Source of the DNA: Chloroflexota bacterium
GTDB taxonomy: Bacteria > Chloroflexota > Limnocylindria > Limnocylindrales > CSP1-4
Direction: 5' to 3'
Assembly (NCBI GenBank): GCA_045804705.1
Contig: JBJMMQ010000120.1
Coordinates: 1-57,204, forward strand
DNA length: 57,204 nt
Under the pieces are notes generated by a model. That model did not search any database and had not been told where the DNA came from. It was given only the letters and a program-made list of their open reading frames with translations. Position 1 is the first letter of the stretch; each line of letters starts with the position of its first letter. Made by a program: the position numbers and the translations under genes. Positions 1 through 8,709 of the stretch are shown piece by piece.

Positions 1-1
1 C

Positions 2-2821
2 TCGCCCGCCGGCGGCAGCTTCTCCGGCTACACCGCCGGTGACCACACCACCGGCCCGATCACCTGGACCTCGAACACCGTCTCGGCCTCGGGCTCGGTC
101 ACCTTCCACAAGACCGTCTACCTCGACTCCCCGCAGGCGACCACCGGCCAGCTCTCAGACACCGCCAACGTCAACCTGATCGGCCAGCTGCAGGCGACCG
201 CGACCGCCTCGGCCCACACCGACATCTCCGCGACGCTCGCCTGCGGCCAGATCACGATCACCAAGGACGCCGACCCCAACGACGCCCAGGACTTCGGCTT
301 CACCGCCTCGACGCTGCAGTCGACGACGATCGACCCGTTCGCGCTCGACGACGACTCGAACGCCACGCTGCCGAACACGCGCACCTTCAGCGGCCTCAAG
401 CCGGGCAGCTACGACGTCTCCGAGGACGCCAACCCGGCCGGCTGGGATCTGACCGGGCTCAGCTGCGACGACGACTCGACCCAGGACCCGGCGACTCGCA
501 CCGCCACGATCGCCCTGCCCGCGGGCGGCGACGTGAGCTGCACCTTCACCAACACCAAGCGCGGCACGATCATCGTCGAGAAGCAGACAAGCCCTGACGG
601 TGCCGCAGGCCAGTTCACCTTCACGGGTGACGCTGCGGGCTCCATCGGCGACAACGGCCAGATCGTCGTCTCGAACCTGGTCCCCGGCACCTACACCTCG
701 ACAGAGGGACCGACAGGCCTGCTGTTCGACCTCGGAGCCGTGACCTGCGACGACGCCAACAGCGTCGGGAACGTCGACACGAGCACAGCCACCTTCCACC
801 TGGAAGCTGGTGAGACCGTCAAGTGCACCTTCACCAACGTCCAGCGCGGCACGATCACGATCATCAAGGACGCGGATCCGACGGACCCGCAGGACTTCGG
901 CTTCACGACGACGGGCACCGGCCTGTCGCCGTTCAGCCTCGATGACGACGGTGACAACGCCAACACGCTTTCGAACACGACCACCTTCCAGAACCTTCTG
1001 GCCGGTTCGTACTCCGTCACGGAGTCCGCGACCTCCGGCTGGGATCTGACGGGCATCACCTGCGAGGCAGGCGGGACATCGTCCTTCGTGATCGACGGCG
1101 CGACAGCCAACCTGACGTTGACCGTCGGCGGCTCGCTCACCTGCGTGTACCACAACAACAAGCCGTCGATCGACATCGTCAAGACGGCCGGCAACGCAGC
1201 GGACGGCGACGAGTTCGTCAGCCCGCCCGGACCCGTCACATACCACTACCACGTCACCAACAACGGCGCGACCGCCCTCGAGAATGTCGTCGTCACCGAT
1301 GACAACGGCACTCCTGGCGACACGTCGGACGACTTCACCGCCGATTGCCCTGCAGCGACCCTCGCCGTGGGCGCATCGATGGACTGCAGCAAGACCGTCC
1401 AGGTGACCGCGAACCGCACGAACACCGGGACGGCGCACGCCTTCTCGGTCGGCGGCACCCCGGTCCAGGACACAGACATCGCGTTCGTCCGGATCCCGGG
1501 CGTCGCCATCGACAAGAGCGCCGACGACGACCTCGTCGAGCAGAACCAGACCGTGACGTACACGATCGTCGTGACCGTCACCAACGGTCCGGTCACCGCC
1601 GCCGTCGTCACCGACACGCTGCCCGCGGGGCAGACCTACGTGGCCGGTAGCAGCATCGTCGCCGGTTCGGCGTCAGAGCCCGTCGTCACCGACGGTGGGA
1701 AGACGCTGACCTGGGCGCTGGGAACGCTCGACACCGAAGACTCTCCCCTCACCATCACCTACGACGTCAAGATCGACGCTGACGCGACGACTGCGAAGCA
1801 GGTGAACGAGGTCGAGCTCTGCGTGTCCGAACTCCCGAATTGCGTCCCGTCAGACGAGGATGTCACCCCGCAGATCCCCGCGATCCACATCGTCAAGACC
1901 GCCGGTGACGCCGCCGACGGCGCGGTGTTCACGACCCTCGCCGGCCCCGTCACCTATCACTACACCGTCACCAATACCGGCCCGCTGGCGCTGCACGACG
2001 TCGTCGTGACGGACGACCACGGCACCCCGGCCGATACCAGCGATGACATCATCGTCACCTGCCCGGAGACGGAGCTGGCAGCAGCTGGTCAGGAAGGCGA
2101 CTCGATGGAGTGCACCGCGACGGTCACCGTCAACGTGGATACCACCAATGTCGCCCTCGCCGAGGGCACCTCACCCGAGGGCAACTCGGTCCATGACGAC
2201 GACGACGCGGTCGTCCAGATCCGCCTGGTCCACACGCTGACCATCGACAAGTCGAACAGCGCTCCGCTCAAGACCATCGAGCTGCCGGATGGCACGTCCG
2301 TCCAGCTGCCGACGGCACCCGAGGGCGCGACGGTCACGTTCACCCTCCACTACACCTTCAGCGACAGCCCGGACACGAACGGCATCATCACGGACGTCCT
2401 GCCCGCCGGGCTGACGTACGTGACGGGCTCCGCGACCAGCAACGACGAGTTCAAGTTCGTGAGCTACACCGCGGCGACGCGGACGCTGAAGTGGACCGCC
2501 GAGGATGTCACGAAGAGTGGCACCGTGACCTACCAGGCCAAGGTCGACATCGGCGCCGCGAAGCTCAAGCAGCCTCTCACCAACGTCGCGACGATCGACT
2601 CGGATCAGACCGAGCCCGACGACGACACCTCACAGGTCTACGTCCCGGTTCCGCCGAAGGCCGAGACCGCTCCCCCGACCGACGTCGAGGCACCGACCCA
2701 GACGGGCACGCCAGGCAGCAGCCTGCCGCTCATCCTCGGGATCCTCGCCGCCATCTTCGTGACCGTCGCCTTCGTGACGCCGGTCCCGGCAACGGCTCGT
2801 CGCCGGAACCGTCAGCGCTAG
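2..2821 (+). CDS. Cell-surface repeat protein (adhesin-like), 5' end cut by window edge
   Basis: The frame of track ORF 533..2821 stays open back to nt 2 (SPAGGSFSGYTAGDHTTGPITW...), so the gene starts upstream of the window. It has three ~100-aa modules sharing G(Q/T)ITI-KDADP-D-QDFGFT...GSY-V-E...GWDL-G(I/L)-C...C-(F/Y)-N (about nt 239-560, 560-845, 848-1160; prealbumin/SpaA/Cna-B-like by eye). These are followed by four DUF11/TIGR01451-like repeats, including two near-identical cores GPVTYHY-VTN-G..L..VVVTDD-GTP-DTSDD..C (nt ~1229-1340 and ~1943-2065). The C-terminus is a hydrophobic helix LPLILGILAAIFVTVAFV plus RRRNRQR. Confidence 0.8.
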   Translation, partial: SPAGGSFSGYTAGDHTTGPITWTSNTVSASGSVTFHKTVYLDSPQATTGQLSDTANVNLIGQLQATATASAHTDISATLACGQITITKDADPNDAQDFGFTASTLQSTTIDPFALDDDSNATLPNTRTFSGLKPGSYDVSEDANPAGWDLTGLSCDDDSTQDPATRTATIALPAGGDVSCTFTNTKRGTIIVEKQTSPDGAAGQFTFTGDAAGSIGDNGQIVVSNLVPGTYTSTEGPTGLLFDLGAVTCDDANSVGNVDTSTATFHLEAGETVKCTFTNVQRGTITIIKDADPTDPQDFGFTTTGTGLSPFSLDDDGDNANTLSNTTTFQNLLAGSYSVTESATSGWDLTGITCEAGGTSSFVIDGATANLTLTVGGSLTCVYHNNKPSIDIVKTAGNAADGDEFVSPPGPVTYHYHVTNNGATALENVVVTDDNGTPGDTSDDFTADCPAATLAVGASMDCSKTVQVTANRTNTGTAHAFSVGGTPVQDTDIAFVRIPGVAIDKSADDDLVEQNQTVTYTIVVTVTNGPVTAAVVTDTLPAGQTYVAGSSIVAGSASEPVVTDGGKTLTWALGTLDTEDSPLTITYDVKIDADATTAKQVNEVELCVSELPNCVPSDEDVTPQIPAIHIVKTAGDAADGAVFTTLAGPVTYHYTVTNTGPLALHDVVVTDDHGTPADTSDDIIVTCPETELAAAGQEGDSMECTATVTVNVDTTNVALAEGTSPEGNSVHDDDDAVVQIRLVHTLTIDKSNSAPLKTIELPDGTSVQLPTAPEGATVTFTLHYTFSDSPDTNGIITDVLPAGLTYVTGSATSNDEFKFVSYTAATRTLKWTAEDVTKSGTVTYQAKVDIGAAKLKQPLTNVATIDSDQTEPDDDTSQVYVPVPPKAETAPPTDVEAPTQTGTPGSSLPLILGILAAIFVTVAFVTPVPATARRRNRQR

Positions 2822-2922
2822 GCCCACCGCCCAGCTGGTCGTCGATCCATCCCGGGTCGGCGGCCAGCTGCATTCCCAGCATCCACCACTAGATGCGTCG
2901 CGACCCCGAGCGACGTCCGATC

Positions 2923-2964
2923 GAGGCGCTCCACCCTTTGGGTGGGGTGCCTCGGTCTTTTTTT
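2923..2964 (+). terminator. Rho-independent terminator candidate after the surface-protein gene
   Basis: An imperfect GC-rich hairpin GAGGCGCTCCACCC-TTTG-GGTGGGGTGCCTC is followed by GGTC and a run of seven T (2958-2964), about 100 nt after the stop at 2821. Confidence 0.6.
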
Positions 2965-2987
2965 CGAGCCCGAGACGGAGTGCCGCG

Positions 2988-3746
2988 CTAGATGATCGTC
3001 GCGAAACCCGGATCGACGAGCTCGACGGGACCGTCGAACCGTGACCTGACGCTTTCGATCGTCGCCGCTCGGTCGTAGCCCATCTGGAGGTGGGTCAGTA
3101 GCACTCGGCCCACGCGCGTCCGATGGGCGAGGTCGCCGACAGCAGGGCCGTCGAGATGATTGGCACCGGGGATCACCGGCCCCGGTCCGAACGAGACCTC
3201 GCACAGGAGCGCGTCCCCGGCGGCGATCAGGGGATCGAGGTCCTCGCTCCGGCCGCAGTCGCCGGAATAGACAAGGCCGGGGCCGGGGCCCGTCCCCACG
3301 GTCGCGGGCTCTGAGACGCGGAACGCGAAGCTCGATTCCGTGTGGGCGACCCGAGCAGCGTCGACCGTCCACGGACCGATCGTGTTCGTGCCGTCATGCA
3401 GCGCCTCCACGTCGAACGATGCAGCCGTAAAGCCTGGTTCGTCGTGGAGGGCATCGAGTCGCGCATCGAGTCCTTCCGGGCCGATCACTCGCACGCGGCG
3501 ACGCGGCTTCTCCCAACGAAGGTAATGGCGGAGCGCGACGAGGTCGATGAAGTGGTCGGGATGGAGATGACTGATGACGACGGCATCGAGCGTGGCCGGG
3601 TCGATCATCCCAGCGAGGCGAGAGAACGAGCCGTGACCGAGGTCGAGCAGGAGGTTTCCCTCGCCGGAACGCACGAGGTACGAGGCGCCCGTCGCACCCG
3701 GCCGATCGCTGTATGCAGGCCCGGCACCGATCACGTCGAGGTGCAT
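2988..3746 (-). CDS. MBL-fold metallo-hydrolase
   Basis: 252 aa with the HxHxDH motif (SHLHPDHF). N-terminus MHLDVIGAGPAYSDRPGATGASYLV..LLLDLGHG is typical of the beta-lactamase fold. Its ATG shares one nt with the upstream stop (TGATG at 3744-3748). Confidence 0.8.
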   Translation of the reverse strand: MHLDVIGAGPAYSDRPGATGASYLVRSGEGNLLLDLGHGSFSRLAGMIDPATLDAVVISHLHPDHFIDLVALRHYLRWEKPRRRVRVIGPEGLDARLDALHDEPGFTAASFDVEALHDGTNTIGPWTVDAARVAHTESSFAFRVSEPATVGTGPGPGLVYSGDCGRSEDLDPLIAAGDALLCEVSFGPGPVIPGANHLDGPAVGDLAHRTRVGRVLLTHLQMGYDRAATIESVRSRFDGPVELVDPGFATII

Positions 3747-4747
3747 CAGGGCGCTGATGACTCCTCGGTTTGACCCGGGTGAATGTGGTCGCCATCTGAG
3801 GCGTCCGGCCCCGACGTCGGGTGGGGTGCGCCGTTCGTCACTCCCGACTCGGTCTGCCGGGATTGGCCTGGCGGCGGCGAATCATGGTCACGTGCATGCG
3901 GGACTCTGGCGGAGGGCACAGGTGTCGGCGCACTCACGTCATCACCGGCAGCGCGTTCGGGCTGAGCGGCGGGCTTCGGCCGGGGCGATCCCTTCGAGTC
4001 CGTCCCCGGTCCACCGCCTCGGGTGTCGCTGCCGGTCGGCTGCCCAGCATTGCCGCGCTCCATCTGTGTGTCGAGCTTCTCGATGACCTTCGAGCTCGAG
4101 ACGAGCGCAGCCTGGACGGCTGCGCGAGCCTGCGCGGGGACGGTCGCGGTCAGCCCGGTCAGGACGACGACGTGACGAGTCATGCTGATCTCGATGGTCG
4201 CGGTCGCCGTCAAATCGCCGGCCGCGCCCTGGACCGCTTCCGCGACGATGACCGAGTACGCCGCAAGAGCGGCTTCCGCGGCCCGGGCGTCACCGTCAGA
4301 GGACGCCTGCTGCACTTCGGCGATGCGCCTGTCCAGACGAACGGCCTCCGCCTGGGCGCGGGCGACGAGACCCGCCGGGAGGTTCGCAGCCTCGACCCAG
4401 AGCCGACTGTTGTAGAAAGGTCCGCCGGCCTTGGCCCCGTAGACGGTTCCGGCCAGCATCGCGAGAGCCAGCGACGCCGCCATGAACGCCGCGGCGGGTC
4501 GGTAGAGGCGACGGCCCGTCGGACTGGCACGGTCCTCACGTTCAGCGTGGGCGGTCGCGGCTGCAGCCTCGCGCGCGACGTCGGCCGCGATCAAGGCTGA
4601 GCGGCGGTGGGCGGCGCTCATCACGCTCGACCGCATGCTGATGGTCGCGAGGACGCTCGGGCTCAGGCGGAGATCCGCGTACGCTTCGAGGCGCCTCGAG
4701 ATCTCGAGCAGGCCCGCGTCGTTCGGATCCATCGTGTCGTCGAACAT
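3746..4747 (-). CDS. Putative membrane anti-sigma factor (single TM, helical extracytoplasmic domain, Pro-rich tail)
   Basis: Lies immediately downstream of, and 1-nt overlapped with, the ECF sigma gene (TGATG at 4745-4749). One hydrophobic helix (AAAFMAASLALAMLAGTVYGA) is followed by an Ala-rich helical region (DUF5667-like by eye) and a Pro/Gly/Ser-rich C-terminus. There is no HxxxCxxC zinc motif. Confidence 0.45.
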   Translation of the reverse strand: MFDDTMDPNDAGLLEISRRLEAYADLRLSPSVLATISMRSSVMSAAHRRSALIAADVAREAAAATAHAEREDRASPTGRRLYRPAAAFMAASLALAMLAGTVYGAKAGGPFYNSRLWVEAANLPAGLVARAQAEAVRLDRRIAEVQQASSDGDARAAEAALAAYSVIVAEAVQGAAGDLTATATIEISMTRHVVVLTGLTATVPAQARAAVQAALVSSSKVIEKLDTQMERGNAGQPTGSDTRGGGPGTDSKGSPRPKPAAQPERAAGDDVSAPTPVPSARVPHARDHDSPPPGQSRQTESGVTNGAPHPTSGPDASDGDHIHPGQTEESSAP

Positions 4748-5349
4748 CAGTTGGTCCTCGGCTGCTGCTCGAGGACGGCCGACGGCACGAAAGCCGTCTC
4801 CGTCTCCTCGATCCCGAGCTGACGCCTCAATGCGGCGATCGCCCTGAATTGCAGTCCGCGGATCGTTCCCTCCTGCTTGCCCATCGCCTCGGCCGCCTCG
4901 CGGGCGGAGAGGCCGGCGAAGAATCTGAGGGCGATGGCGTCGCGCTGGTCGTCGGTCAAGGTCGCCAGGGCGGACCTGACCGCTTCGATCTCCTGGCGGG
5001 TGACCGCCAGCTCATCCGGGCCGGCATCGGCGCCGGGCCGTTCGACCGACTGGGCGAGGTCGGCGTGCTCGTGGCTCGTCCTGATGTGATCGATGACGGC
5101 GTTCCGTGCCAGGCGGAACAACCAGCCCCCGAACGGGATGCCTCTCGATTGATATCGAGGCAGCGCTTCCAGGGCCTTGACGAAGACGAGCTGCGTCAGA
5201 TCCTCCGCGTCGCTCGGGTGGCGCACGCGGCTGGCGACATAGCGATAGACCGGGAGATGGAAGTGGTCGAATAACTGACCGAAGGCCCAAGCATCCCCCG
5301 CTCGAGCCTCATCCACCAACCGCTCGATCGCGGCGTCGTCGAGTGTCAC
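4747..5349 (-). CDS. ECF-type RNA polymerase sigma-70 family factor
   Basis: 200 aa. Region 2 reads FDHFHLPVYRYVASRV..DAEDLTQLVFVKALEAL..WLFRLARNAVIDHIR. Region 4 reads LTDDQRDAIALRFFAGLSAREAAEAMGKQEGTIRGLQFRAIAALR. GTG start. Confidence 0.9.
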   Translation of the reverse strand: MTLDDAAIERLVDEARAGDAWAFGQLFDHFHLPVYRYVASRVRHPSDAEDLTQLVFVKALEALPRYQSRGIPFGGWLFRLARNAVIDHIRTSHEHADLAQSVERPGADAGPDELAVTRQEIEAVRSALATLTDDQRDAIALRFFAGLSAREAAEAMGKQEGTIRGLQFRAIAALRRQLGIEETETAFVPSAVLEQQPRTN

Positions 5350-5409
5350 AACGAAAAGCCGGGCACGGCGTTAGGTTCCCCACGGCATATGTGCGCCGTA
5401 TGGTACCCG

Positions 5410-6240
5410 TCAGAAGGGCAGCGTGACCCTCGATGTTGACGGCGCGCGCCGGAAAGTGAGGGCCTCGAATCCGGCCGCCGCCGCGATGTCGTAGCCGTCG
5501 GCGAGACCCCAGTTCGCATGTTCCGCCCGGTGGGCGTCTGATCCCACGGTGACGGCGCGGCCGCCCAGCTCTCGAAAGCGCGCCACGATCGCCGGGTACG
5601 GGAATGCCTGCTGGATCGTGTAGCGCAGGCCGCTCGTGTTCACTTCGAGCGCCGTGCCGGACTCCACGAGCGCCAGGAGGATCGGCTCGTACAGCTCGGG
5701 CGCCGCCTCGAAGTCGGACGGTCGAACGTGCGGATAGAGGTAGCGCTTCACCCCGTCGATGTGCCCGATCGCATCGAACAGTCCAGATCGCGCGGCCGCG
5801 ACCACCTCGTCGAACGAGGGCGCGACGATATCGCGCAGCGACCGACCGGCCACCCAGCTCGCGACGTTCCGAGGGTTGTACGGCGACTGGACCCGATCAT
5901 GCACCGACCCGATGGTGAAGTCGTACGCGTGCCGGGCGAGGTGCTCGCGGATGTCGGCCTCCCAGGACCGGTCGTAGGTCAGCTCCGCACCGAAGCGGAT
6001 CTCGACGCCGTGCGGTGCCCACCGTTCAGCGGCATCTCGCACGATCCGTTCGCGATCCTCGAACGTGGCGTAGTGGTAGGCGGGCGCCCCCGGCTCGAAG
6101 TCGACGTGGTCGGTGATGGCGATCTCGGCGATCCCATGGTCGATCGCGGCCTGCGCGTAGACGTCGATGGGCACGCTGCTGTCCGGTGAGAGGTCCGTGT
6201 GCATGTGGGCATCGAGGGGCAGTCGGCGGGGCTCGGTCAA
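5410..6240 (-). CDS. PHP-family histidinol-phosphatase (HisJ/HisK type)
   Basis: 276 aa. PHP metal motifs LDAHMHTDLSPDS, AEIAITDHVDF, GSVHD, IGHID and GSDAH are present. TTG start preceded by GGGGG. Confidence 0.8.
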   Translation of the reverse strand: MTEPRRLPLDAHMHTDLSPDSSVPIDVYAQAAIDHGIAEIAITDHVDFEPGAPAYHYATFEDRERIVRDAAERWAPHGVEIRFGAELTYDRSWEADIREHLARHAYDFTIGSVHDRVQSPYNPRNVASWVAGRSLRDIVAPSFDEVVAAARSGLFDAIGHIDGVKRYLYPHVRPSDFEAAPELYEPILLALVESGTALEVNTSGLRYTIQQAFPYPAIVARFRELGGRAVTVGSDAHRAEHANWGLADGYDIAAAAGFEALTFRRAPSTSRVTLPF

Positions 6241-6280
6241 TGCGGGACCCCCGTCGAGCAGGTCTCACGCCAGCAGCCTT

Positions 6281-6453
6281 GATGCTTGATTTCGGGGCCT
6301 GAGGAGGCTCCGTCATCTCTGATGCTTGTAGGCAGCATCAACGGCGGGCGCCAGTTCACGAGCAGGGTGCCGCTCCCCCCGGCTCGACACGGCTTGATGC
6401 CGCCCACAGGCATCACGCCGGCGGGACCGCGCGCCCGCCCGATATCAAGCATC
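6281..6453 (-). ncRNA. Candidate structured leader/intergenic RNA (multi-stem; strand inferred from flanking genes)
   Basis: The outer inverted 9-mers GATGCTTGA (6281-6289) and TCAAGCATC (6445-6453) could form a closing helix. Inside are three perfect hairpins: 6320-6340 (TGATGCT/AGCATCA), 6395-6415 (TGATGCC/GGCATCA) and 6420-6439 (GGCGGG/CCCGCC). No convincing CDS lies here. Confidence 0.3.
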
Positions 6454-7681
6454 AGCCGCGGATCAGCCCCAGTTCGTGACCGACCCGATCGAACGCGCCA
6501 AGGGCGATGTCGAGTTGTTCGCGCGCGTGCGCTGCCGTGACGATCGTGCGGAGGCGCGACTTGTCGATGGCGACGGTCGGGAAGACGACAGGCTGCGCGA
6601 AGACGCCCTCCTCGATGAGCCGGTCGCTGAACCTCCCGGCGGTATCCGGGTCGCCCATCATGACCGGCGTGATCGGGGTCTCCGAACGTCCTGTGTCGAA
6701 GCCGAGGCGGGTCAGCTCGGCCTTGAAGTAGCGGGTGTTGTCCCACAGGCGCTCCTGGAGCTCCGGCTCGTCCTGCATCACGCGGATCGCCTCGCGGCAC
6801 GCGGCGACCACGGCCGGCGGATGCGAGGTGGAGAACAGGAACGGCCGGGCACGCTGGGTCAGGATCTCGCGGAGTGCCAGCGATCCCGCGACGTAGCCGC
6901 CGAGAGACCCGACGGCTTTCGACAGGGTGCCGACCTGGATCGCGACCCGACCGTGCAGGCCGAAGTGGTCGACCGAGCCTCGCCCGTTGCGTCCGAGGAC
7001 GCCGCTCGCATGGGCGTCGTCGACCATCACGGCCGCACCGAAGGATTCGGCCACCTCGACGATGTCGGGGAGTGGCGCGATGTCGCCATCCATCGAGAAG
7101 ACGCCGTCGGTGACCACGAGGATCGACCGCCACTCTCCGCCGCCCGGAGCGCCCGTCTCACGGGCCTCGCCGAGGACGTCGCGAAGCGCCTCGACGTCGG
7201 CGTGGGCGTAGATCTTGCGCGGCGCCTTCGACAGGCGCATCCCGTCGATGATCGAGGCGTGGTTGAGCGCGTCCGAGACGATGAGGTCCGTCTCGCCGGT
7301 GATGGTCGGGATGACCCCGGTGTTGGCGGTGAAGCCCGACTGGAAGGTGAGGACCGCCGGGACCTCCTTGAAGGCCGCGAGCTCCGCCTCGAGCGCCTCG
7401 TGCATCGACATCGTGCCCGCGATGGTCCGAACCGCCCCGGAGCCCGCCCCGAAGTCGCGGACGGCGGCCACGACGGCGTCGCAGATCCGCGGGTGGTTGG
7501 TCAGCCCGAGATAGTCGTTCGAAGAGAGGGAGATGAGCCGCCTCTCATCGACAGAGACGATCGGACCCTGCGCCGACGACATGACCCGCAATCGCCGGTA
7601 GAGGTGGCGCTCCTTGAGCGCGGCGACCTCGTCCTCGAGGAAATGGAGGGGGTCGGGTCGGCCGGCGGGCGAGGCACTCAT
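6452..7681 (-). CDS. kbl: Glycine C-acetyltransferase (2-amino-3-ketobutyrate CoA ligase)
   Basis: 409 aa, class-II aminotransferase/AONS family with [29 protein letters not shown] and the PLP-lysine motif GTLSKA. It has a 4-nt ATGA overlap with tdh upstream, the classic tdh-kbl pair. Confidence 0.85.
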   Translation of the reverse strand: MSASPAGRPDPLHFLEDEVAALKERHLYRRLRVMSSAQGPIVSVDERRLISLSSNDYLGLTNHPRICDAVVAAVRDFGAGSGAVRTIAGTMSMHEALEAELAAFKEVPAVLTFQSGFTANTGVIPTITGETDLIVSDALNHASIIDGMRLSKAPRKIYAHADVEALRDVLGEARETGAPGGGEWRSILVVTDGVFSMDGDIAPLPDIVEVAESFGAAVMVDDAHASGVLGRNGRGSVDHFGLHGRVAIQVGTLSKAVGSLGGYVAGSLALREILTQRARPFLFSTSHPPAVVAACREAIRVMQDEPELQERLWDNTRYFKAELTRLGFDTGRSETPITPVMMGDPDTAGRFSDRLIEEGVFAQPVVFPTVAIDKSRLRTIVTAAHAREQLDIALGAFDRVGHELGLIRG

Positions 7682-8706
7682 GACGTCCAGTCCATGATGA
7701 CCTTGCCCGAGTCACCCTGCCGGGCCGCGGCGAACGCGACCTCGTGTTCGCGGAACCCGAACCGGTGCGTGATCGCCGGCGTGATGTCGAGGCCCGACTG
7801 GAGCATGACCGTCATCTTGTACCAGGTCTCGTACATCTCCCGGCCGTAGATGCCGCGGAGGGTGAGCTGGTTGAAGACGATCGTGTTGACGTCGAGGCTG
7901 ATCTCCTCCGTCGGGATGCCGAGGATGGCGATCCCGCCGCCGTGGGCCATGGCTCCGAGCGCGGACCGAAGAGCGATGGGATTGCCCGACATCTCCATCG
8001 CGACGTCGAAACCTTCGACCATGTCGAGCTCCGCGAAGGCGTCCTGGAGTGTCTGGGCGGTCGGGTCGATCGTCAGCGTCGCGCCCATACGGGTGGCGAG
8101 CTCCCGCCGGTAGGCGTTCGGCTCACTCACGACGACGTTGCGTGCCCCGGCGTGGCGCGCGACGGCCGTCGCCATCAAGCCGATCGGACCCGCGCCACAG
8201 ACGAGGACGTCCTCACCGAGGACGGGAAACGCGAGGGCCGTATGGACGGCGTTCCCGAACGGGTCGAAGATCGCGGCCACTTCCTCGTCCACGCCCGGCC
8301 AGTGGTGCCAGACGTTGGTCATCGGCAGGGCGACGTATTCGGCGAAGGCTCCGTCCCGACCGACGCCGAGACCGATCGTGTTCGCGCACAGGTGGCGCCG
8401 CCCGGCCAGGCAGTGCCGGCAGCGCCCGCATACGACGTGGCCCTCGCCCGAGACGAGATCGCCGGTCCCGAAATCGACGACATTGCTGCCGACCTCGACG
8501 ATCTCGCCGACGAACTCATGCCCGACGACGAGTGGCGGCTTGACGGTCCGCGCCGCCCAGGGATCCCACGACTCGATGTGGAGATCCGTCCCGCAGATGC
8601 CCGTCTTGTGGACGCGGATCAGGACGTCGTTGATGCCGACGACGGGCATCGGCACCTCGCGCAGGTCCAGCCCGGGCGCGGCCTCGGACTTGACCAGGGC
8701 GAGCAT
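7678..8706 (-). CDS. tdh: L-threonine 3-dehydrogenase (Zn-dependent MDR family)
   Basis: 342 aa with [23 protein letters not shown] and the [15 protein letters not shown] structural-zinc loop, plus GAGPIGLM (Rossmann). Coupled to kbl. Confidence 0.9.
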   Translation of the reverse strand: MLALVKSEAAPGLDLREVPMPVVGINDVLIRVHKTGICGTDLHIESWDPWAARTVKPPLVVGHEFVGEIVEVGSNVVDFGTGDLVSGEGHVVCGRCRHCLAGRRHLCANTIGLGVGRDGAFAEYVALPMTNVWHHWPGVDEEVAAIFDPFGNAVHTALAFPVLGEDVLVCGAGPIGLMATAVARHAGARNVVVSEPNAYRRELATRMGATLTIDPTAQTLQDAFAELDMVEGFDVAMEMSGNPIALRSALGAMAHGGGIAILGIPTEEISLDVNTIVFNQLTLRGIYGREMYETWYKMTVMLQSGLDITPAITHRFGFREHEVAFAAARQGDSGKVIMDWTS

Positions 8707-8709
8707 CGG

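Noticed and set aside
155-1438. 427-aa minus-strand ORF, plus other long ORFs overlapping the surface-protein gene
   Set aside because: It is antisense to a repeat-structured, motif-rich + strand gene. The composition (R/G/V/A) is that of a non-coding frame.
2650-2821. LPXTG sortase motif in the surface-protein C-terminus
   Set aside because: The closest string, APTQTG, has the wrong spacing (PxxTG) and no Leu. It is reported only as a sorting-signal-like tail.
5350-5409. Autoregulated ECF promoter (GGAAC ... CGTT) upstream of the sigma factor gene
   Set aside because: On the minus strand, GGAAC (5379-5375) and CGTT (5353-5350) are 21 nt apart, longer than the usual 16-18 nt. The CGTT also abuts the GTG start codon. 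This is too weak to call.
6241-6451. T-box leader or histidine attenuator upstream of the histidinol phosphatase gene
   Set aside because: I could see no T-box consensus (AGGGUGGNACCGCG-like), no leader peptide with a run of His codons, and no U-tract terminator. It is kept only as a generic structured-RNA candidate.
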